Assembly (NCBI GenBank): GCA_037440025.1
Contig: JBBIUX010000001.1
Location: forward strand, 32,001 to 96,000
Direction: 5' to 3'
From: Candidatus Fraserbacteria bacterium
Lineage (GTDB): Bacteria; Bipolaricaulota; Bipolaricaulia; RBG-16-55-9; DRXL01
Length of the DNA stretch: 64,000 nucleotides
Part shown: positions 57,199 through 64,000 of the stretch, piece by piece
How the letters are laid out: each line of letters starts with the position of its first letter
Numbering within the stretch: the stretch's first letter is position 1
The notes under the pieces: model-generated
The model's input: only the letters and a program-made list of their open reading frames with translations
Databases searched by the model: none
What the model was told of the DNA's origin: nothing
Position numbers and translations under genes: made by a program

Positions 57199-57341
57199 AA
57201 GAGGAAGAGCTTGGCTTGCGGCTCGAGCCGCGCTTGAGGGCTGCTGGGGAAAAATCCCGCTGAGGATGCGGGCAAAACCCTGGACATATCCCCCGAGGGC
57301 GCGCAATAAAATCCTTACGCCCAGCCAAGCTCTTCGCTCTT
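57199..57341 (+). ncRNA. Candidate structured ncRNA (6S-like rod)
   Basis: Closing stem GAAGAGCTTGGCT/AGCCAAGCTCTTC, inner stems, A-rich loops, upstream TTGACA at 57131; no credible ORF. Confidence 0.45.
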
Positions 57342-57545
57342 TAGGAGGTGTGCGAGGAATCTCGAGCGATCGCAAGCCCTTCCCCCGTCATATGAAAAAT
57401 CCCTTTCCCGCAGGTAGATAAAAGCAATCGCTTGAAAATTCCAAGCTTTTCTTGTGGGCATCCCCTCTCACCTTGCGCTTACCTTAGTCTTAGTTTCCCC
57501 TACCAATCAAGGACTTCCGTCACCATTTCTTGTGACATTGGTCAC

Positions 57546-58916
57546 CTATGGCGAGAGGAGAGCAAAACGAGCGATGAAGTGTCGGAGCGGCCCCTCTCCC
57601 TGGAGGAGCTTGACTCCACGCACCTCAGCGCGTCGCTCACGGATTGCTTTGAGCGTCTCTACGACGTGATCGAAGTGCTCTTGCGTGTAGACACGTCTGG
57701 GGATGGCCAAGCGCACGAGCTCCAGCTTGGGGTAGATCTCTTGGCCGGTCTTCTCGTCGCGCCTGGCGAACATCGTGCTGCCGATCTCAACAGCGCGCAC
57801 CCCGCCCTCGCGATAGAGCTCGATCACCAGCGCCTGTGCGGGAAATTCTCTCTGCGGGATATGGGGCAAAAATCTCAGAGCGTCAATATAGACAGCATGC
57901 CCGCCGATGGGTTCAATGATCGGGATTCTTTCGGCTTTGAGGCGCTCTCCCAGAGAGCGCGTCTGTCCGATCCGGTCACGCAGATAGTCTTCATCTAGCG
58001 CTTCATAAAGCCCCTGAGCCATCGCATCGAGATCGCGCCCCGCTAGACCTCCGTAGGTGGGGAATCCTTCAAACAAAATGAGCTTCTGCACACAGCGCCA
58101 ATAGAGCCTTTCGTCGTTCATAGCCAAGATTCCTCCGATATTGACGATAGCATCTTTCTTGGCGCTGAAGGTCATGCCATCAGCGAGCGCAAAGATTTCT
58201 TTGGCGATCTCGCTGGGCTTTTTGTGAGAGAAGCCGGGCTCGCGCTCTTTGATAAAAAAACAGTTCTCGGCGAAGCGACAGGCGTCGAGAAAGAGAGAGA
58301 GCTTGTGAGCGCGAGCGATCTCGCTCACGGCTCGGATATTCTTGAGCGAGACCGGCTGGCCGCCGCCCGAATTGTTGGTGATCGTCAGCATAATCAGGGG
58401 AATACGATCTCGGCCTTTCTCTGTGATGAGGGCTTTGAGGGCTTTGACGTCCATCTCACCCTTGAAAGGGTGCTCTTGGGTGAGGTCATAGGCTTCCTCG
58501 ACGACGAGGTCCACGGGCTGACCGCCGGCAGCAAGCACATTGGCGCGGGTGGTGTCGAAGTGCATATTGTTTGGAACGATGTCGCCGGGCTTGACAAGAG
58601 TAGAAAAGAGCAGGTGTTCGGCAGCGCGCCCCTGGTGGGTTGGCATAAAATACTTAAACCCAAAGATGTCGTTGACGGCCTTTTCTAATCTGTAAAAACT
58701 GCGGGCGCCGGCGTAGGACTCATCGCCTTGCATCAATGCGCCCCATTGGGCTTGGCTCATGGCACCCGTGCCGGAGTCTGTTAAGAGATCAATATAGATA
58801 TCTTCGGCGCGGAGTCGAAAGACGTTATAATCGGCTTCTTTGAGCTTCTGCTCACGCTCGACTCGTGTCAACAGTCTAATAGGCTCGACGACTTTGATCT
58901 TATAGGGCTTGAACAT
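57546..58916 (-). CDS. tnaA: Tryptophanase / tyrosine phenol-lyase family
   Basis: [50 protein letters not shown]; start trimmed to MFKPY. Confidence 0.88.
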   Translation of the reverse strand: MFKPYKIKVVEPIRLLTRVEREQKLKEADYNVFRLRAEDIYIDLLTDSGTGAMSQAQWGALMQGDESYAGARSFYRLEKAVNDIFGFKYFMPTHQGRAAEHLLFSTLVKPGDIVPNNMHFDTTRANVLAAGGQPVDLVVEEAYDLTQEHPFKGEMDVKALKALITEKGRDRIPLIMLTITNNSGGGQPVSLKNIRAVSEIARAHKLSLFLDACRFAENCFFIKEREPGFSHKKPSEIAKEIFALADGMTFSAKKDAIVNIGGILAMNDERLYWRCVQKLILFEGFPTYGGLAGRDLDAMAQGLYEALDEDYLRDRIGQTRSLGERLKAERIPIIEPIGGHAVYIDALRFLPHIPQREFPAQALVIELYREGGVRAVEIGSTMFARRDEKTGQEIYPKLELVRLAIPRRVYTQEHFDHVVETLKAIRERRAEVRGVKLLQGEGPLRHFIARFALLSP

Positions 58917-58966
58917 ACCAGTTACACGTTGCAAGCGAAGAGTTACAAGTAGCGGGCTATAATCTG

Positions 58967-60121
58967 TTACCCCGGTATCTTCCCCAACAGCGCCCGCGCG
59001 ATGATCACCTTCTGAATCTCGCTCGTCCCTTCGTAGAGCTCGATAATTTTTGCGTCGCGATAGAAACGCTCTACGGCATACTCTTTGATGAAGCCGTAGC
59101 CACCGTGAATCTGCAGGGCTTCGTTGGCCACTTCGCGCGCGACTTTCCCGGCGTACCACTTGGCCATCGAGGCGACTTTCGCCGGGTTTCCCCCCTTGCT
59201 GATCTCCCATGCGGCTTGGTAGGTCAACAGCCGGGCTGCTTCAATCTCCGTAGCCATCTCGGCCAACTTAAACTGAATCGCTTGGAAGTCAGAGATGGGC
59301 CGACCGAACTGCACACGCTCTTGGGAGTATTTGAGCGCCTCATCAAAGGCCCCCTGGGCAATGCCCACCCCCTGAGCAGCGACCGCCGTGCGCCCGCGCG
59401 AGAAGAACGTCATCAAGTGATAGAAAGCCATATCGACTTGACCGACGATGTTCTCCTCAGGAACTTCGACGTTTTCCAAAATGATCTCGGCCAAGTCTGA
59501 AGCACGAATACCCAGTTTATTATGGAGCGGCTCGGCTTTATAGCCGGGTCGGTCGCGTTCGACTATGAACGCGGTGATCCCGCCGTGACGCTCTGGAGGA
59601 TTGGTGTTGGTGCGGGCGAAGACAATGAGATAATTCGCAATAGAGCCGTTGGTGATGAACATCTTCGTCCCGTTCAGAACATATTTGTTGCCCTTCTTTT
59701 CTGCACGGGTCTTGAGGGCAGCAACATCGCTGCCGGCCTCTGGCTCCGTAATAGCCGCGCCACAGACCCAGTCGCCCTTGGCCACCGGCACCAAGTATTT
59801 CTGTCTCTGCTCTTCGGTGCCGAATTCTAAGATCATGTCGCTTCCAAAAATTCTGGCCGTGATGGCCAGCGCGATCCCTGGGTCGCCGCGGACCAGCTCT
59901 TCGATGACGATGGCCGCAGCGAGAAAGTCCAGCCCGGCGCCGCCGTATTTCTCCGGGATGGCCGGGGCGATCAAGTCCAGCTTCTTCGCTTCTTCGATAA
60001 TCTCGTAGGGGTATTCACACGTCTCGTCGTGATGCTCAGCGGCGGGCCGGATGACCTCTTCGGCGAATTGGCGGGCTGTCTTGCGAATGAGTTTGTGCTC
60101 CTCGCTCAGTTCGAAATCCAT
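58967..60121 (-). CDS. Acyl-CoA dehydrogenase
   Basis: [42 protein letters not shown]. Confidence 0.95.
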   Translation of the reverse strand: MDFELSEEHKLIRKTARQFAEEVIRPAAEHHDETCEYPYEIIEEAKKLDLIAPAIPEKYGGAGLDFLAAAIVIEELVRGDPGIALAITARIFGSDMILEFGTEEQRQKYLVPVAKGDWVCGAAITEPEAGSDVAALKTRAEKKGNKYVLNGTKMFITNGSIANYLIVFARTNTNPPERHGGITAFIVERDRPGYKAEPLHNKLGIRASDLAEIILENVEVPEENIVGQVDMAFYHLMTFFSRGRTAVAAQGVGIAQGAFDEALKYSQERVQFGRPISDFQAIQFKLAEMATEIEAARLLTYQAAWEISKGGNPAKVASMAKWYAGKVAREVANEALQIHGGYGFIKEYAVERFYRDAKIIELYEGTSEIQKVIIARALLGKIPG

Positions 60122-60198
60122 AAAACCTCCCTTGGGGGCGATGCCCGTCAGAAATATTAATAGAAAAGCTTGCCTGTGCGCAAGTTATAAAAAAGAAG

Positions 60199-60263
60199 AG
60201 GCCCTCACCCCTGCCCTCTCCCGTCTTCATGGACAGGAGAGGGGTGCCGCAGGCGGGGTGAGA
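60199..60263. repeat. CCCTCACCC-family palindrome (intergenic)
   Basis: GGCCCTCACCCC..CCCTCTCC...GGAGAGGGG..GGGGTGAG. Confidence 0.75.
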
Positions 60264-60275
60264 GCCACGTCGGAA

Positions 60276-61703
60276 CTACGGTCTCATGTGCGGCGGCAGC
60301 TGATAGAGGCTGAGCGGGTTATCGGGATTCTTTGAGAACTCTACCGGATAGAGCAGGACGCGGTCAAAGGCGCCGCCCTCTTCCAGAGGCCCGATCTGCG
60401 TCCAGACCGCGCGTAGCCCGTCGAACGCTGTGGACTTATCTTTCAGCCTATTGAAGCCCCATCCCACATCGTGGGGATTCTTGAAACAGAGTTCGGTGAT
60501 CCCCGCTGAGAGACAATTGGCAAACTTGAGATCGCCAGCCTCGGTCTTGAGTGTTATCTGCTCAGTGCGGTTGAAGCCCGCCACAGGGTAGAACCAATAC
60601 GGCCCGCCCGCGCCGATGTACGCGTTCTCGTACTTGTCGAACGACTCCAAAGCTTTCACCAACGAGTCCGCATCGGTCTTGCCCTCAGCCTTCTTGATCG
60701 CTTCGGCTAGGATATAGATCGCGTCGTAGGTGATCCCCGCCGTATAGATGGGGCGAACGCCGTACTTCTTCTGGAACGCGGCAAAATACGCTTTTGTCTT
60801 GGGCGTGACGGGGGCGTCGGCGGAGAAGTCGGCGATGACATACCCTGTGCCCGCGCCCTTGAGCTCACGAACGCTCACATCGTCTTGCAGAAAGACGTTG
60901 ATCCCAAAGAGCGCCACTTTCGTCTTGGTCTCGGCCCAGGTCTTCGTGAAGAGAGTTGCCAAGCCCGGATCGGAGAAGAAGGTGAAGACAATCGAAGCGC
61001 CGGAGCCCTTCAGTTGGGTCATTAAGGGGGTCAGGTCCTTGGTGCCCACGGCAAGCCGGACGGCATTGAGGACCTCAAAGCCCAGCTCGCCAAGTCGCGG
61101 TCCCAAGAGCGCCATGTAAGTGTTAGCCGAGGTCAGGTCTTCACCAACTAAGAAGACCTTGCGGTTGGGCAGGATGCCCCGCTCCACTAGACCGTTCAGA
61201 TAATCGCCGGCGAAGCGCAACGAGTCCCCCACCAATGAAAACGTGTTGAGCATGGGGCGGAAGACGTACTTATAGTTGTTATAGTCGGTGGGCACCCTGT
61301 CGGTGGCCAGAGAGGTCGCCCCGGTGATCAACAGGGGCTTCTTCATGCGCGGAATATCGGGGAGCACACCCAGCACGGCCTCCGAGCGGAAGAAACCCAC
61401 GACGACATCACTTTTGGCCGCGATATCTTGGTAAACAGTACGAGCTAACTGCCCATCGGCCTCGGTCTTCATATCGCCGACAACCAGCTCGATCTTGCGC
61501 CCCAGCACCCCTCCAGCAGCATTAATCTCTTCGACGGCTAGCTGCGCCCCACGCAGCGTATCCCGCCCGTTGGCGATCTCCAGACCTGCTGCCACACCAA
61601 TCTTGATGGTCTGTTGCGTCTGGGCGGTGAGCGGTCCAATGACCAACAAAGCGACGATAGCTAGCCCTACGATCTGCAGCCATTTTCGGATACAGTATTT
61701 CAT
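60276..61703 (-). CDS. Branched-chain amino acid ABC substrate-binding protein (LivJ-like)
   Basis: IKIG, GAQLAVEEINAAGGVLGRKIELV, YVFR, TYDAIYILAEAI. Confidence 0.88.
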   Translation of the reverse strand: MKYCIRKWLQIVGLAIVALLVIGPLTAQTQQTIKIGVAAGLEIANGRDTLRGAQLAVEEINAAGGVLGRKIELVVGDMKTEADGQLARTVYQDIAAKSDVVVGFFRSEAVLGVLPDIPRMKKPLLITGATSLATDRVPTDYNNYKYVFRPMLNTFSLVGDSLRFAGDYLNGLVERGILPNRKVFLVGEDLTSANTYMALLGPRLGELGFEVLNAVRLAVGTKDLTPLMTQLKGSGASIVFTFFSDPGLATLFTKTWAETKTKVALFGINVFLQDDVSVRELKGAGTGYVIADFSADAPVTPKTKAYFAAFQKKYGVRPIYTAGITYDAIYILAEAIKKAEGKTDADSLVKALESFDKYENAYIGAGGPYWFYPVAGFNRTEQITLKTEAGDLKFANCLSAGITELCFKNPHDVGWGFNRLKDKSTAFDGLRAVWTQIGPLEEGGAFDRVLLYPVEFSKNPDNPLSLYQLPPHMRP

Positions 61704-61854
61704 AAAACCTCCTTAGCAGGTTCTTTGAGTGTGATGTGGACAATATAACTGAATCTTGCATCTCCCCCTGTTCCCTGCACCTCCTTTTAGCCTCGGCTTA
61801 GCCCTCGGCTGTAATTATAACACATGGAGAGCTTGCTCTGACAAAAGGACGTAG

Positions 61855-62313
61855 TCACTCACAGCTTAGTTGGCAAGTCGCCCGTTCGGCCTGCGTTTTG
61901 AGTGCATGGCGCATCTCGTGGGGGAGGCTGCGCGGGCGACCCGTGCGCGGATTGATCGTCGCCTGAACAGTTTGCCCATAAGCGAGGGGCACACCCCCTC
62001 GGTGAACATAATACTCAAGAGTGAAACTGGCGCGGCGCACCTGTGAAGTCCATACGATGATCTCCAGTTCGTCATCGAACTCCGCTGGGGCGATATATCT
62101 GCACTGCGCCTCAACGATGGTGATATCAAAGTCGCCAGCGCGGCGTGACTGACGAAAATCAAAGCCCAAATGCTTAAAATACTCGACGCGAGCCTGCTCA
62201 AAGTAGACAAAATAATAGCTATGGTGAACGACGCCTTGCAGATCAGTCTCGGCGAAGCGCGTCCGCAGACGCGTACGGAAGGTCCCAGTTGTTGGTATAT
62301 CAACGCGATTCAT
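61855..62313 (-). CDS. Acyl-CoA thioesterase (YbgC/4HBT family)
   Basis: RFAETDLQGVVHHSYYFVYFEQAR. Confidence 0.88.
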   Translation of the reverse strand: MNRVDIPTTGTFRTRLRTRFAETDLQGVVHHSYYFVYFEQARVEYFKHLGFDFRQSRRAGDFDITIVEAQCRYIAPAEFDDELEIIVWTSQVRRASFTLEYYVHRGGVPLAYGQTVQATINPRTGRPRSLPHEMRHALKTQAERATCQLSCE

Positions 62314-62451
62314 CGAGAGATACCCGCCAAGCGAACTTGTTTATCATAGCAATTCATGGGGAGAACCGTCAAGCAGCCCTTGACTTCGGAGCCGGATTGT
62401 GTCAATATAGCTTCTGGCAAGAGCGATAGGGCACAGTGAGGAGGTATACCA

Positions 62452-63987
62452 ATGCGCACGACAGCAAAAGTGCTTGTAGGGTTGCTGCTAGCAGGCTTAT
62501 GGACGGGTGGGGCGTGGGCTCAGTTTGGTCGAGGGCCGGACTTGATCGTCCAAGAGATCAAGATCACCCCAGAAGCCCCCAAACCCGGAGATCCTATAAC
62601 GATTGCAGTCACGGTCGCCAATATCGGGAACGAAGACGTCACGACGGGCTTCTTTGTGTGCGTCAGCGTCAATCTCATGCCTGACACCGTAGCGACAGAA
62701 TTGGGACTGCCACTGAACGAACTGCTCTTAGGCCGCGAGCAAGTACGTCGGCTCGAACGGAACGGGAAAGCCACAATCCAGTTGCAGTGGCAGGTGCCGG
62801 AGTTACCGCTCATTCGCTTCCGGGCTAGCGTAGACTGTGCCTTCAATCAAGTGCGCGAACAAAACGAAGAGAATAATCGTTTGGAGCAAGCTCTCTTGAT
62901 TGATGAAAAACATATCAATCAGTGGTGGCTCGATCAGATCCAAGCCCGCCAAGCGCATGAGATCAGCCAAGGCGTGCCTGAAATTGTCGTCGCTGTGATT
63001 GACTCTGGAGTTGATTGGCAGCATCCGGAGTTGGCTGATAGTATTTGGGTCAATCCCAAAGAGATCCCAGGGAACAATAAAGACGACGACGGGAACGGCT
63101 TCACAGATGACATTCACGGCTGGGATTTCATTGACGGCGATAGTGATTCAGTAAGTGGGTCCACCATCAATTTTCATGGGACAGCGGTCGCGGGCATTAT
63201 TGCCAACAAAGCCGATGGCGTTGGCCTCACGGGAGTCGCGCCCAAAATCAAGATTATGGATCTGCGTATGCTTGATGCTCAAGGGCGAGGGCCTCTGCCT
63301 GCTCTGACAAAAGCCCTCGATTATGCGACTCAGAACGGAGCGCATGTGGTCAACATGAGCCTGGGGCTATTCGGCTGTCGCGATATTCCCGCGGATAATC
63401 GTGCCGCTCTCCAGAGAGCGCTGGACAAGGGCCTGATCCTCGTTGGTGCTTCTGGCAATCATGCCCAGTACGGCTATGGCAACTGTGTGAACTTTCCAAC
63501 AGCGTATCCCGGCGTGATCGCGGTCGGCGCGACTGGGAAGGATGCACGCGTCACTCCTTACAGCCAGGGCGGTCGCGATCTGACGGTCGTGGCCCCCGGC
63601 GGGGATATGAGCTACGAAGAATTTTTGGAGAAAGCTGCCAAGCTCCAAAACTTCGAAGAGTTCTTGCCTTTGCTCAAATCCTCAATCTTGACGCCTTACG
63701 CCTATGGCGGCTACGGGCCGTTCTTCGGCACCTCGGCCTCTTCCCCGCATGTCGCCGCCGTCGTTGCCTTAATGCTCTCGGTCAACCCGAAGCTTACGCG
63801 CGATCAAGTCGTTAAAACATTGCAAGAGACGGCAACCGATAAAGGCCCTTCAGGACGTGACAATCGCTACGGCTACGGCATCGTCAATGCCGCCAAGGCC
63901 GTCGCCAAAGCGAAAGAGCTGGCTAAACCCAGCCTAGGACGAGGTTTCGCTTCTAAAGCCTCGGCCCATGCCACGCTCTCCCGGTAG
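62452..63987 (+). CDS. Secreted S8 subtilisin-like protease with CARDB domain
   Basis: PDL.V...V.NIG...EENN (CARDB); VIDSGV, HGTAVAG, GTSASSPHVA. Confidence 0.9.
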   Translation: MRTTAKVLVGLLLAGLWTGGAWAQFGRGPDLIVQEIKITPEAPKPGDPITIAVTVANIGNEDVTTGFFVCVSVNLMPDTVATELGLPLNELLLGREQVRRLERNGKATIQLQWQVPELPLIRFRASVDCAFNQVREQNEENNRLEQALLIDEKHINQWWLDQIQARQAHEISQGVPEIVVAVIDSGVDWQHPELADSIWVNPKEIPGNNKDDDGNGFTDDIHGWDFIDGDSDSVSGSTINFHGTAVAGIIANKADGVGLTGVAPKIKIMDLRMLDAQGRGPLPALTKALDYATQNGAHVVNMSLGLFGCRDIPADNRAALQRALDKGLILVGASGNHAQYGYGNCVNFPTAYPGVIAVGATGKDARVTPYSQGGRDLTVVAPGGDMSYEEFLEKAAKLQNFEEFLPLLKSSILTPYAYGGYGPFFGTSASSPHVAAVVALMLSVNPKLTRDQVVKTLQETATDKGPSGRDNRYGYGIVNAAKAVAKAKELAKPSLGRGFASKASAHATLSR

Positions 63988-64000
63988 GGGCACGGCATGC

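Noticed and set aside
57199..57341. SRP RNA or tRNA identity for the structured region
   Set aside because: No SRP helix-8 motif and no cloverleaf on either strand
58917..59210. 554-aa tryptophanase, or a TnaC leader peptide
   Set aside because: The extension overlaps the acyl-CoA dehydrogenase gene; the 50-bp gap has no Trp-containing leader ORF

Overview
Chromosomal window from a moderately GC-rich bacterium. The gene style (archaeal-type cupin PGI, tRNA-Arg(GCG), many leaderless starts) suggests a deep-branching thermophile such as Bipolaricaulota/Acetothermia; this is inference only. The left ~27 kb is largely accessory. It holds a DUF499 ATPase / DUF1156 methyltransferase / SNF2 helicase-nuclease restriction-like operon with two toxin-antitoxin (TA) modules built into it. 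Next is a ~6.0 kb phage-satellite-like element (tyrosine integrase, prim-pol, terminase-small-like protein) bounded by a 123-bp direct repeat that duplicates the promoter and 5' part of tRNA-Arg rather than its 3' end. It also has a NYN RNase with a structured leader, tRNA-Val and tRNA-Cys, and a TA cassette array punctuated by repeated relics of one protein C-terminus. The right part is mostly housekeeping: ppsA facing an HTH-GalU-like fusion with candidate operators, an ABC-2 operon interrupted by a GIY-YIG gene, a CopC/CopD/P1B-ATPase metal locus, wecB, a WecA-like transferase, holB, hflX, murA, rho, glyA, rpiB, proC, an AvaI/BsoBI-type R-M pair, a MoeB-like protein, a candidate 6S-like RNA, tnaA, an acyl-CoA dehydrogenase and an S8 protease. 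Several palindromic repeat/MITE families occur, some inserted in frame inside enzymes. No CRISPR array or rRNA was seen. All calls come from motif recognition by eye, without database searches.
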